A stretch of DNA of 60,202 bases from Anaerolineae bacterium (lineage in GTDB: Bacteria > Chloroflexota > Anaerolineae > UBA1429). Shown one piece after another: positions 43,524-53,109 of the stretch (position 1 is the stretch's first letter; each line of letters opens with the position of its first letter). The DNA is taken from assembly GCA_007132185.1 (NCBI GenBank), contig SLPC01000081.1:1-60202 (forward strand). The letters are read 5' to 3'. Under the pieces are notes generated by a model, which saw nothing but the letters and a program-made list of their open reading frames with translations, was not told where the DNA came from and ran no database searches. The position numbers were made by a program, and so were the translations under genes.

Positions 43524-44135
43524 ATGAGACGTGTTCTGCCTATAGCCGTCACTTGTCTCACAGGCCTGGTAGTCCTGCTGGGCTTTTTCGGGAATGGCGA
43601 CATACTGGGCGGCTGGCCGAATCTGCTGGTCGAGGGGGCTGCCTTTTTGGCAGCGCTGGCGCTGCTGATGGGTGTCGCCCACCTGGCGCTGGCCCATGGG
43701 CGCCGTGCGGTGCGGGGGGAGCCGCAGGCGGGCTACAGCCTTGTCCTGGTCATCGCCATGCTGGCCACCTTTGGCCTCGGCGTGGTCTTGCCGGGCTCGG
43801 CAGAGCTGGCCTGGGTCTTTGATCACCTATATACCCCGCTCCAGGCGACCATGACGGCTCTACTCGCCTTTTTCGTTGTCAGTGCGGCCTACCGTGCCTT
43901 TCGTCTGCGCCACGCCGAGGCGGTCGTGCTGCTGATTACCAGCCTGTTCATGCTGCTCGGCCAGCTGGCCGTGAGTGAGCGTCTCTCGCCCATCATCCCG
44001 GCCCTGCGGGAGTGGACTTTGGCGATACCTGTGACGGCCGGCGTCCGCGGCATTTTGCTGGGCACAGCCCTGGGAACCCTGGCCGCCACGCTGCGTATCC
44101 TGACTGGCATAGACCGGCCCCAGGCCCTGGAGTAA
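43524..44135 (+). CDS. polytopic membrane protein, unknown function
   Basis: 203 aa with about 5-6 hydrophobic helices. It starts 3 nt after the upstream stop. Confidence 0.65.
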   Translation: MRRVLPIAVTCLTGLVVLLGFFGNGDILGGWPNLLVEGAAFLAALALLMGVAHLALAHGRRAVRGEPQAGYSLVLVIAMLATFGLGVVLPGSAELAWVFDHLYTPLQATMTALLAFFVVSAAYRAFRLRHAEAVVLLITSLFMLLGQLAVSERLSPIIPALREWTLAIPVTAGVRGILLGTALGTLAATLRILTGIDRPQALE

Positions 44136-44144
44136 GCTGCCAAG

Positions 44145-45407
44145 ATGATTGCCTGCCAAGAGTGCGGTCACAACAACCCCGAGTCGGCGCAGCGCTGCGA
44201 ATCCTGTGGCGCACCGCTGGGGCCTGCGCTGTACCGGGAATGCCCGGCCTGTGGCGCTCTCAATGCGGCCGAGCGCTCGACCTGCAGCCGGTGCCTGGCC
44301 CCTTTGACTGCGCCACCATCCGGTGCTGATGCGTCCGAGTCAGCCAGCGACAGCTCTTTTACCCAGGATGAGCCAACTGCCGGTGCGCCGCAAGAGGACG
44401 ATCCCCTCGCGGATCTGGAAGGCCTCTTGCCCCCAGCCGCTGTCCCCGATCCTGTCTCACAACCCAGTCGTTTCGCATCCCATGAATCCAGCGAGGCGGA
44501 ACGTGACGATGCCGCCCTATTACATCGTATCGCCACCGAGCCGGCGCCTCTGGGACAGGTGCGGCGAGAGGACGCACCGACTGGGCGTGAACGCATGCCA
44601 GACGGCATCCGCTGGCTGCTCTATCTGCTGGTGCTGCTGGCTGCGCTGGCGCCGCTGATCACGGGTAATCGCGGCCAGCAATGGGAGAGCCCCAGGCCAC
44701 AGACTCTGCTATTGGCGGAAGCTGTGGCGGACATTGCCCCAGGGGAGCGGGTGCTGGTGGCGTTCGACTATGCCCCGGGCTATGGCGGCGAGCTGGACCC
44801 GCTGGCCGAGCGTGTGCTCACCGATCTGGCGCGGCGGGGCGCCGTCCTCGTGGCGATCAGCACGCGGCCCGAGGGGGTGGGCCTCGCGCGGCAGGTGCTG
44901 GGGCGCGTCGCAACGTTCGCCCCTGACTATCGCTATGGAGCCAACTATGTCATTCTGGGATATTTGCCCGGGGCGGAGCGTGGCCTTCGGCTGGCAACCC
45001 AGGACCTGGCCGCCATCCTGCCCCATGATGACGTGCTCCAAATGCCATGGGAGCAGCTGCCGGCCATGCAGGGCATCGGGACGTTGAACGATTTCGAGGC
45101 GACTCTCTTGCTGACCGATGACGGCAACTCGGCGCGACGCTGGATCGAGCAGGTAGGCACACAGGTGGACACGCCAACCTATGCCCTGGCGACGGCGCGC
45201 ATCGAGCCGCTGCTGATCCCCTATCAGCAATCGGGCCAGTTGGCGGCCCTGGTGGGTGGAGTGTATGGAGCGCTGGAATATCCCCTGGAGGATGCGCCGG
45301 AACGCCATGACCTGCATAGCACGGACGGCTACCTGGCCCTGCTGGGTGTGTTCTTTCTCGCCGCTGTATTGGCCAATGTGGTTCCGTGGCGCATGCACCA
45401 GAACTGA
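44145..45407 (+). CDS. zinc-ribbon protein with acidic linker, TM helix and extracytoplasmic domain
   Basis: N-terminal double zinc ribbon CQECGHNNPESAQRCESCGAPL...CPACGALNAAERSTCSRC, a D/E/P-rich linker, and the TM helix IRWLLYLLVLLAALAPLI. Confidence 0.7.
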   Translation: MIACQECGHNNPESAQRCESCGAPLGPALYRECPACGALNAAERSTCSRCLAPLTAPPSGADASESASDSSFTQDEPTAGAPQEDDPLADLEGLLPPAAVPDPVSQPSRFASHESSEAERDDAALLHRIATEPAPLGQVRREDAPTGRERMPDGIRWLLYLLVLLAALAPLITGNRGQQWESPRPQTLLLAEAVADIAPGERVLVAFDYAPGYGGELDPLAERVLTDLARRGAVLVAISTRPEGVGLARQVLGRVATFAPDYRYGANYVILGYLPGAERGLRLATQDLAAILPHDDVLQMPWEQLPAMQGIGTLNDFEATLLLTDDGNSARRWIEQVGTQVDTPTYALATARIEPLLIPYQQSGQLAALVGGVYGALEYPLEDAPERHDLHSTDGYLALLGVFFLAAVLANVVPWRMHQN

Positions 45408-45434
45408 CCGCAGAGCGAAAGGAGCATAGCAGAC

Positions 45435-46127
45435 GTGCCGCTCGCCAATATAGGCAACCTGATCGGGATCTGGATAGCCGGCCTGCTCACGCTGGCCGTC
45501 CTAAGCTATATCCTGGGCGATAACCCGGTCTATCGCCTGGCGCAGCATCTCTTTGTGGGAATCGCTGCCGGCTATGCGGCGGCCCTGGCATGGAACCATG
45601 TCCTGGCGCCCCGGCTGACGCGCCTGGTGCAAGCCCCGGCAGAGGCCTGGCCCGTGGCGCTGTTCGCGCTCCTGGGACTGCTGCTACTGGCTCGTGGGTG
45701 GCGCCCACTCGCCGCCCTCTCCGGGATTCCCCTCGGCTTGCTCATGGGCACCGGGGCAGCCCTCGCCCTGGGAGGCATCCTCACGGGCACCCTGGTGCCC
45801 CAGTTGGCCGCTTCTTTCGTGCCGCTGGCCCCTGCTGCCTATGGCGGCGGCGTCATGGGGTGGGCCTTGGCGCTGGACGCGGCCTTTTTGCTGCTATGCA
45901 CCCTGGCTGTACTGGCCGCCTTTCAGTATCACCGCGCCGCTCGAGGCTCATTGCGCCTCTGGTATCGTGGCGTGCAGGCGATGGGGCGGTTGGGCCGCCT
46001 CGTGATGATGGTTGCCTTTGGCGCCATCCTGGCCGGAGCGGCCCTTTCCTTCTTTACCATCCTGCAGAGCCGCCTCGCTTTTCTGGTTTACGAGTGGCTG
46101 GGTAGCCTGGCAGAATTGGGGCTCTAG
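45435..46127 (+). CDS. polytopic membrane protein, unknown function
   Basis: 230 aa with about 6 TM helices and GC-rich third codon positions. Confidence 0.65.
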   Translation: MPLANIGNLIGIWIAGLLTLAVLSYILGDNPVYRLAQHLFVGIAAGYAAALAWNHVLAPRLTRLVQAPAEAWPVALFALLGLLLLARGWRPLAALSGIPLGLLMGTGAALALGGILTGTLVPQLAASFVPLAPAAYGGGVMGWALALDAAFLLLCTLAVLAAFQYHRAARGSLRLWYRGVQAMGRLGRLVMMVAFGAILAGAALSFFTILQSRLAFLVYEWLGSLAELGL

Positions 46128-46130
46128 ATC

Positions 46131-47849
46131 ATGTCCACAGATAGTTCGATTCGGTCCATCCTCGCCCTGGACATTGGGGCGACTCTCACCCATGCGGCTC
46201 TGCTAGAGCCGGTTGAGGGGGCGCATCGCATGGTCGCCTGCGTCAACACGCCCACCACCCTGCGCCCACAGACAGACCTGGTCGCCAGCCTGCATCGCTC
46301 TGTCGAGCGCATCCAAGAGATCGTGGGCCGCCGTCTCTTCGATGAGGACGGCACACCGAGCAAGCCACGTCAGGGGCAAAAGGGAATAGACGCTCTGATA
46401 GTTACGCTGAGCGCCGCAGCCCCGCTGGAATGCGCCCTCATCGGGCTTACAGAGGATCTCAGCCTCAAGAGCGCCAGGGCGGCCTGCCAATCCGGGCATA
46501 CGATCGTCCGCCGCGAGATCATTCTGGCCCAAGAGCGCCATGCGCGCCACCGTGAACTGGCGGCGCTGCGTCAAGATCCGTCAGAGGTCATCATTATAGC
46601 GGGCGGGGTCGATGGCGGGCCGGTGCATCAGGTCATCGATGCCGCCGAGCTACTGGCGACCCTCTTTGCAGATCTCGAGCCACAGCTACGGCCAACAGTG
46701 CTCTTTGCCGGGAATCAGGAGGCCCGCCGTCCCATAGCGGCTGCTTTGGGGCCCGATTTTGGCTTTGGCGTGGTAGACAATGTACAGCCCACGCCCGATC
46801 TGAGCAGTCCGCAGGAACTGCAACGGGAGTTGGCTCATCTCTACGAGAGGCGCAAATTCCCCGAGCTCGCGGGATACGATACCCTCTCGGAATGGACTAG
46901 CATACCCCTCATGGCCAGCCAGACGGGCCTGAGGGCGATTCTACAGTTTCTCAGTCGCCAGGGACTCTATGGCTCACGGGTCTTGGGCCTTGATGTAGGT
47001 GGCCGCCAGACGACAGCCGCCCTGGCCAATGGGCGACTCGTCGCGAGCCAGAGCATCCAGGTGGGCATGTCTCAGGGCCTTGAGGATCTGCTGCACGCCG
47101 TGGACATAGAATACATCCAGCGCTGGCTCCCCACCGAGGACCTGACCCGCCGGGCGGCGGCGCAACTGGGCAATCAGGCGCTGCGCCCACAGAGCCTGCC
47201 CACCGAGCCCGATGATCTTGTCTTGATCCAAGCCGCCATGCGAGAGGCCGTGCGCCTAACTCTGACAGGCCTGACGTTGAACCTGCATGAGCACCCCAGG
47301 GAGACCTGGGCAGTGGACGCGATCGCGGCTCGGGGCGGCTCGTTGCTGCATGCAAGGCCGGATGCGCAGGCGACCCTTGCCCTACTCGACGCCGTACAGC
47401 CGGTGGGTACCACCCGCCTGCTTCTGGATTGGGCCTCTGTCTGGCCGCAGCTCGGCGCGCTAGCTCAGATCGAGCCATTGGCCGCGTTACAGGTGCTCGA
47501 CCGTGACGCCCTGCTCGACCTGGGTACCATAGTCAGCTTGCCGGGCCAAGGAGATACGGATCAGACCGCCGCGCACTTGAGTCTGTTGCGCAATGTGGGC
47601 GGCGTCCAGGTGGCCAACATCGACTGGGGACACCTGTTGCGGCTCGATCTGGATCATGGCGAGACTGCAATCCTGGAAATCAACCCGGTGACGGGCACCT
47701 GGCAGGGGTCGAAGGAGACCCGGAGCGTCAAGGTGCAAGGCGGGCGCCTGGGACTGATTCTCGATGCTCGCGGACGCCCCTTGGCGCTACCAGAGGATGC
47801 CGAGATGCGCCGCGGAAAGATGCAGACATGGACAAAAGAGCTCTCCTGA
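46131..47849 (+). CDS. GlmL/MutL-like actin-fold ATPase family protein
   Basis: ILALDIGATLTHAALL (phosphate-1-like), IIAGGVDGG and LFAGNQEA motifs resembling the glutamate mutase accessory protein GlmL. It starts 3 nt after the upstream stop. Confidence 0.65.
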   Translation: MSTDSSIRSILALDIGATLTHAALLEPVEGAHRMVACVNTPTTLRPQTDLVASLHRSVERIQEIVGRRLFDEDGTPSKPRQGQKGIDALIVTLSAAAPLECALIGLTEDLSLKSARAACQSGHTIVRREIILAQERHARHRELAALRQDPSEVIIIAGGVDGGPVHQVIDAAELLATLFADLEPQLRPTVLFAGNQEARRPIAAALGPDFGFGVVDNVQPTPDLSSPQELQRELAHLYERRKFPELAGYDTLSEWTSIPLMASQTGLRAILQFLSRQGLYGSRVLGLDVGGRQTTAALANGRLVASQSIQVGMSQGLEDLLHAVDIEYIQRWLPTEDLTRRAAAQLGNQALRPQSLPTEPDDLVLIQAAMREAVRLTLTGLTLNLHEHPRETWAVDAIAARGGSLLHARPDAQATLALLDAVQPVGTTRLLLDWASVWPQLGALAQIEPLAALQVLDRDALLDLGTIVSLPGQGDTDQTAAHLSLLRNVGGVQVANIDWGHLLRLDLDHGETAILEINPVTGTWQGSKETRSVKVQGGRLGLILDARGRPLALPEDAEMRRGKMQTWTKELS

Positions 47850-48898
47850 CAACCGAACCAGGGTGTATGATTTCGCCGCTCGCCATTATCTTGCGTGAAC
47901 GCCTGCTGGCCTGCCCCGGCGAGGTATTGGTGCAGATGGGGGATCATCTGACTTCGGATGACGTCGTCGCGCGTCCGGCAGCCGGGGGCTCTCTTGTGGC
48001 GATGGACTTGGCCAGGGAGATGGATATCGACCCCCTGCGTGTGGACCGTCATCTCCTAGTGCAGGCCGGCGATCAGGTCACGCCAGGCGCGTTGGTGGCT
48101 CAACGAAGGCATTGGGGCCCATTCTACCGGCAAGTGCGCGCCGAGCTCCTGGGCGATGTGGTCGGCATCCATGATGGAAGTCTGTTCTTGCGCCAGGTCG
48201 GTGAACCGGGCCTACTGCGCGCCTTTGTACCGGGAGAGGTCGTAAAAGTGCATCCCGGCCGAGGGGCCTCGATCCGGACCACCGGCGCCTATATGCGCTG
48301 CATTTGGGGGTGTGGCGGCGAGGGTTGGGGGAGATTGTCCATGATGGTAGACGATCCCGGAGCCCCCCTAACCTGGAATCAAGTCGGGAGGCGGCAACGT
48401 GGCCAGGTGCTGGTGGGGGGGCATCTCGAGAATCCGCGTACATTGTCCCGCGCCGAACTGTTTGGCGTGCGCGGCATCATAGCGGGCAGCATCGATCCCG
48501 GGTTGATGCGCCAGTGCAAGCAGCTTTCCATTCCCGTCCTCGTCACGGAAGGAATGGGCGATGCTCCCATGGCGAACCCCATCCATGAGATGCTCGCGCT
48601 ACACCACAAACGTTGGGCCGTCCTATCAGGGAACTGCTCCAGGGGGCAGGCCGAGCTGATCATTCCCCTTCCAGGCAAGGCGGACAATCTGGACGTCACC
48701 AACCCAAACTCGCTCAAGGAGGGCTGTCTCGTGCGCCTGACGAGCCCCTCACTCTGTGGCATGGTGGCCGCGATCGAGTCGCTTCCCACCGAGAGGCAAC
48801 CGACCGGACTCGGATATCTGACGCACGGCGCGATTGTGCGGCTGTCTGATCAAAGCAGCCTCTTTGTTCCGCTCTCCAACTTGGAGCTTTTGAGATAG
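47828..48898 (+). CDS. hypothetical protein (last gene of the operon)
   Basis: 356 aa. It overlaps the upstream gene by 22 nt (alternative ATG at 47866). No family recognised. VQAGDQVTPGALVA is reminiscent of barrel-sandwich hybrid folds. Confidence 0.55.
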   Translation: MDKRALLTTEPGCMISPLAIILRERLLACPGEVLVQMGDHLTSDDVVARPAAGGSLVAMDLAREMDIDPLRVDRHLLVQAGDQVTPGALVAQRRHWGPFYRQVRAELLGDVVGIHDGSLFLRQVGEPGLLRAFVPGEVVKVHPGRGASIRTTGAYMRCIWGCGGEGWGRLSMMVDDPGAPLTWNQVGRRQRGQVLVGGHLENPRTLSRAELFGVRGIIAGSIDPGLMRQCKQLSIPVLVTEGMGDAPMANPIHEMLALHHKRWAVLSGNCSRGQAELIIPLPGKADNLDVTNPNSLKEGCLVRLTSPSLCGMVAAIESLPTERQPTGLGYLTHGAIVRLSDQSSLFVPLSNLELLR

Positions 48899-48924
48899 CG
48901 TCATCCGAACGAGGCGAATAGATT

Positions 48925-48953
48925 TTGTCGCGTCCCGTGCCGGATGCTATAAT
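48925..48953 (+). promoter_or_regulatory. putative gatCA promoter (extended -10)
   Basis: TTGTCG (48925-48930), 17-nt spacer, TGC TATAAT (48945-48953). Confidence 0.5.
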
Positions 48954-49050
48954 CGCAAGAGCCCTGTAAAAGCAAGGACTTCGCTTCTCGCGACCTCAGG
49001 CCTTTGGCGTGAGTGCCCGTGGAGCAGTTGATGGGAGGATATAGAATACG

Positions 49051-49338
49051 ATGAAGCTGGATCGCGAGCAGGTATTGCACATCGCCGAGCTGGCCAAGCT
49101 CTCGCTGACCGAAGAGGAGACCGAGCTATTCTCCGAGCAGCTCTCCGAGGTGCTGGCCTATTTCGAGCAACTCCAGGAGCTGGACACTGACGACATCCCG
49201 CCAACGGCCCAGGCGATCTACCAGCGGAACGTGATGCGCCCAGATACCACCGCGCCATGCCTGACGCCTGATGAGGCTCTTGCCAACGCGCCACAGCGCA
49301 AGGGCGACTACTTTCAGGTCAAGCCGATCCTGGACTAG
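49051..49338 (+). CDS. gatC: Asp-tRNA(Asn)/Glu-tRNA(Gln) amidotransferase subunit C
   Basis: MKLDREQVLHIAELAKLSLTEEETELFSEQLSEVLAYFEQLQELDT. 95 aa. SD GGGAGG. Confidence 0.9.
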   Translation: MKLDREQVLHIAELAKLSLTEEETELFSEQLSEVLAYFEQLQELDTDDIPPTAQAIYQRNVMRPDTTAPCLTPDEALANAPQRKGDYFQVKPILD

Positions 49339-49374
49339 AGCCGATCAAACCCTATCCCGCTATGGGAGGATCCC

Positions 49375-50829
49375 TTGGAACTGTACGATCTCACCATCCA
49401 TCAAGCTCACGAGTTGCTCGCCCGCCGCGAGATCTCGTCCGTCGAACTCACCCAGGCCCTGCTCGATCGCATTGCAGCCGTAGACGAAAAGGTCAAGGCC
49501 TATCTGTGCGTGCTGGAGGAGGCAGCCCTGGCCGATGCCGCTGCCGCCGATCGGCGCCGCGCCGAGGGCGAGGATCATCCCCTGCTGGGCATTCCCCTTG
49601 CTGTCAAGGATGTGCTCACCACCCGAGGCATCGAGACCACCTGCGGATCGCGCATGCTCGAGAATTTCAAGCCAACCTTTGATGCGACCGCAATCATCAA
49701 GTTGCGGGATGCGGGCGCCGTCCTGATGGGCAAGACCAATACCGACGAGTTCGCCATGGGCTCTACCACCGAGAACTCGGCTTTTTTCACCACGCACAAT
49801 CCCTGGGATCTGTCGCGGGTGCCCGGGGGCTCGAGCGGGGGCAGTGCAGCTGCAACGGCCGCCGGCGAGTGTATTGCGGCCATCGGCAGCGATACCGGTG
49901 GCAGCATCCGGCAGCCCGCTTCCTTTTGCGGTGTGGCCGGCCTCAAGCCCACGTATGGGCGAGTCTCGCGCCACGGCCTGGTAGCCTTTGCCTCCTCCCT
50001 CGATCAGGTGGGCGCTCTGGGCAAGGATGTGACCGATTGCGCGCTCTTGCTCCAAACCATGGCCGGGCACGATCCGATGGATTCCACATCGGCAGAGCTG
50101 CCCGTGCCCGACTATCGCGAGGGCATGGACAGAAGCGTAGCCGGCATCAAACTGGGCGTGCCCCGCGAGTATTTCCGAGAGGGGATGCAGCCCGAGGTAG
50201 AGCAGGCTGTGCGTCAGGCCCTGGACGTATACGAGAGCCTGGGCGCCGAGCTTGTTGACATATCGATGCCACACACCGACTATTGCCTATCGACATACTA
50301 TGTGCTGGCCCCGGCCGAAGCCTCGGCCAACCTGGCACGCTTTGATGGCATTCGATACGGCTATTCTGCGCCCGATGCCCAGGACATCTGGGAGACCTAC
50401 CGCAAAACCCGTGCCGAGGGCTTTGGCCCCGAGGTCAAGCGCCGCATCATGTTGGGTACCTATGCTCTCTCGACCGGCTACTATGATGCCTACTATCTCA
50501 AGGCCCAAAAGGTCCGCACCCTGATCAAGCAGGACTTTGACCGGGCCTATGCGCAAGTTGACGCGCTTGTGGCGCCCACAGTACCTCTCACCGCCTTTCG
50601 CATCGGCGAAAAGATAGACGATCTACTACAACTCTATTTGGTCGACATATTGACGCTTTCGACAAACCTCGCCGGTATCTGCGGGGTTTCTATTCCATGC
50701 GGGATGGCTAACGGGCTGCCCATCGGCATGCAAGTGCTGGGGAATGCCTATCAGGAGGCGACCGTTCTGCGCGTCGCCTATGCCTACGAGCAAGCTACCG
50801 ATTGGCACCTGCGCCGGCCGCCGCTCTAG
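49375..50829 (+). CDS. gatA: Asp-tRNA(Asn)/Glu-tRNA(Gln) amidotransferase subunit A
   Basis: Amidase signature GGSSGGSAAA, 484 aa, immediately downstream of gatC. Confidence 0.95.
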   Translation: MELYDLTIHQAHELLARREISSVELTQALLDRIAAVDEKVKAYLCVLEEAALADAAAADRRRAEGEDHPLLGIPLAVKDVLTTRGIETTCGSRMLENFKPTFDATAIIKLRDAGAVLMGKTNTDEFAMGSTTENSAFFTTHNPWDLSRVPGGSSGGSAAATAAGECIAAIGSDTGGSIRQPASFCGVAGLKPTYGRVSRHGLVAFASSLDQVGALGKDVTDCALLLQTMAGHDPMDSTSAELPVPDYREGMDRSVAGIKLGVPREYFREGMQPEVEQAVRQALDVYESLGAELVDISMPHTDYCLSTYYVLAPAEASANLARFDGIRYGYSAPDAQDIWETYRKTRAEGFGPEVKRRIMLGTYALSTGYYDAYYLKAQKVRTLIKQDFDRAYAQVDALVAPTVPLTAFRIGEKIDDLLQLYLVDILTLSTNLAGICGVSIPCGMANGLPIGMQVLGNAYQEATVLRVAYAYEQATDWHLRRPPL

Positions 50830-50870
50830 AAAGGCCTCTGGCCTCATACATCCAAGAAAAAGGTGATCCC

Positions 50871-51848
50871 ATGCAAGTTATATTACCCGTTGCCGGTTTT
50901 GGCACCCGTATGCGTCCCCACACCTGGTCTCGACCCAAGCCTCTCTTGCACGTCGCCGGAAACACCGTACTGGGCCACACTCTGGACAAGTTCGAGTCCA
51001 TTGATGTGGACGAGATCATCTTTATCACCGGTTGGTTGGGTGATCAGATCCAGGAATACGTCGAGAGTCACTATGACTACAAGACGCGGTATGTCGTGCA
51101 GGAGCAGATGGAAGGCCAGGCCCACGCGATCCATCTGGCCAAGAAGCATATCTCGGGCCCCTGCCTCGTAATCTTTGTGGATACCATCTTTGAGGCAGAT
51201 CTCTCCATCCTGAACGATAATCCGGCCGACGGCGTCATCTATGTCCAGGAGGTCGATGACCCCCGCGCCTTTGGCGTGGTGGTCGAGGAGCAGGGCCGCG
51301 TGACGCGCTATGTTGAAAAACCCGACACTATGGAGAATCGCAAGGCCACCGTTGGGGTATTCTGGTTCAAGGACGGTCAAGAACTGATCTCGGCCATTGA
51401 CTATATGCTCGAGCAGGATATCCGCACCAAAGGCGAGTACTATTTGGCCGATGCCATCAATATCATGATCGAGCGGGGGAACCATTTTGTGACCGAGGGC
51501 GTGTCCGTCTGGCAGGATTGCGGCCAGATCGAGACCACGCTGGAGACGAACCGATTCCTACTCTCGCATGGCCATGCCTCAGATGCAGTGCAGGGCGAGA
51601 ATTGCGTCATTATCCCGCCTGTCCATGTGGCGCCATCGGCCAAGATTCGCAATGCCGTCATCGGCCCCCATGTCAGCATTGCGCCAGATGCCCAGATCGA
51701 GTCTTCTATTGTGCGTGATTCGATTGTGGACAAAGGCGCAAAGATTGAGAATAGCCTCCTGGGGGGCTCGATCATCGGTCAGCGGGCCATCGTCAAGGGC
51801 CAGACCGCGCAACTCAATATTGGGGATGACGCGTCGTCAGGCATGTAG
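50871..51848 (+). CDS. sugar-phosphate nucleotidyltransferase with left-handed beta-helix C-terminus
   Basis: MQVILPVAGFGTRMRPHTWSRPKPLL (G-x-G-T-R motif). C-terminal hexapeptide-like repeats. The track ORF starts at 50802, overlapping gatA. Confidence 0.85.
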   Translation: MQVILPVAGFGTRMRPHTWSRPKPLLHVAGNTVLGHTLDKFESIDVDEIIFITGWLGDQIQEYVESHYDYKTRYVVQEQMEGQAHAIHLAKKHISGPCLVIFVDTIFEADLSILNDNPADGVIYVQEVDDPRAFGVVVEEQGRVTRYVEKPDTMENRKATVGVFWFKDGQELISAIDYMLEQDIRTKGEYYLADAINIMIERGNHFVTEGVSVWQDCGQIETTLETNRFLLSHGHASDAVQGENCVIIPPVHVAPSAKIRNAVIGPHVSIAPDAQIESSIVRDSIVDKGAKIENSLLGGSIIGQRAIVKGQTAQLNIGDDASSGM

Positions 51849-51954
51849 CGGCTGCCTATCGGACGCGGTTCGCGCATGGCCCTCTGGGATGATCTGCGAA
51901 TCGAGTTGAAACTTGGTGCGCCCTTTTCCGGGCACGCCAGAAGGGAAATCCGAT

Positions 51955-53067
51955 ATGATCGTTGGTTTACCCAAAGAGATCATGGATAACGAATACAGGG
52001 TAGCTCTCACGCCCGGTGGCGTTGAATCCCTCGTTCACGCCGGGCACGAGGTGCTTGTGGAGCAAGGCGCCGGTGTCGGCAGTGGCTTCTCCGATGACGA
52101 GTATGCCGGGGCGGGTGCACGCATCGTCAACACCATGGCCGAGGCCTATGCCGCCGACCTAGTGACCAAGGTCAAAGAGCCCCAACCTTCCGAATTTGAT
52201 CTGCTACGCCCCGGAATGATCTTGTTCACCTATCTGCATCTGGCGGCCGCAGAGCCGCTTACCCAGGTTCTCCTTGACCAGCAGGTGACGGCCATCGGCT
52301 ATGAGACAGTGCAACGCGACGATGGCAGTCTGCCCCTGTTGACACCCATGAGCGAAATTGCGGGGCGCATGGCCGTACAGATTGGCGCCCATTTGCTGGA
52401 ACAGACTCAGGGCGGACGAGGTGTCCTTCTGGGAGGCGTGCCCGGCGTGCGCCAGGGCATGATCGCCATCGTGGGCGGCGGCGCAGTGGGAACCAACGCG
52501 GCCCAAGTAGCTCTGGGACTGGGCGCGCGCGTCACCGTCATCGATCTCAACCTGGATCGCTTGCGCTATCTCGAGCATGTGCTGCGCGGCAATCTTAGCA
52601 CGGTCGCATCGAATCGCCGCAACGTATCCGAGGCTGTGCGCCGCGCTGAGGTGTTGATCGGAGCAGTGCTCATTCCGGGCGCTCGCGCGCCACGTCTGGT
52701 AACAGAGGAAATGATTGCCTCCATGGCGCCTGGCTCGGTGGTGATTGATATTTCGGTGGATCAAGGCGGCTGCATCGAGACTATCCACATGACAACCCAC
52801 AGCCAACCCACTTATACTGTTCATGATGTGATCCACTATGGCGTTCCCAACGTGCCCGGCGCTGTGCCGCGCACCTCGACCTATGCCTTGTCGAACGCCA
52901 CATTGCCATACGTGTTGGCGCTGGCCAATCGGGGTTTCGAGGCCGCCGTCCAGGCGGACCAGGCGCTGGCGCGAGGTGTCAATACGGCGTTCGGTGAAAT
53001 CACCCATCCCGCTGTGGCAGAAGCCTTTGACAGGGAACATATACCGATAGAACATATTTTGACATAA
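51955..53067 (+). CDS. ald: alanine dehydrogenase
   Basis: MIVGLPKEIMDNEYRVALTPGGV...; NAD motif IVGGGAVGTNAA. The track ORF starts at 51913. Confidence 0.9.
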   Translation: MIVGLPKEIMDNEYRVALTPGGVESLVHAGHEVLVEQGAGVGSGFSDDEYAGAGARIVNTMAEAYAADLVTKVKEPQPSEFDLLRPGMILFTYLHLAAAEPLTQVLLDQQVTAIGYETVQRDDGSLPLLTPMSEIAGRMAVQIGAHLLEQTQGGRGVLLGGVPGVRQGMIAIVGGGAVGTNAAQVALGLGARVTVIDLNLDRLRYLEHVLRGNLSTVASNRRNVSEAVRRAEVLIGAVLIPGARAPRLVTEEMIASMAPGSVVIDISVDQGGCIETIHMTTHSQPTYTVHDVIHYGVPNVPGAVPRTSTYALSNATLPYVLALANRGFEAAVQADQALARGVNTAFGEITHPAVAEAFDREHIPIEHILT

Positions 53068-53109
53068 TCGCGCGACGACCAACGTAGCTCGTCGCAAGGA
53101 GCATATCGT

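Noticed and set aside
42393-45398. Minus ORFs 42393..43238 (281 aa) and 44709..45398 (229 aa) inside the unknown operon
   Set aside because: They are antisense to co-directional, translationally coupled + strand genes with clear TM-helix patterns. Their composition is typical of shadow frames.
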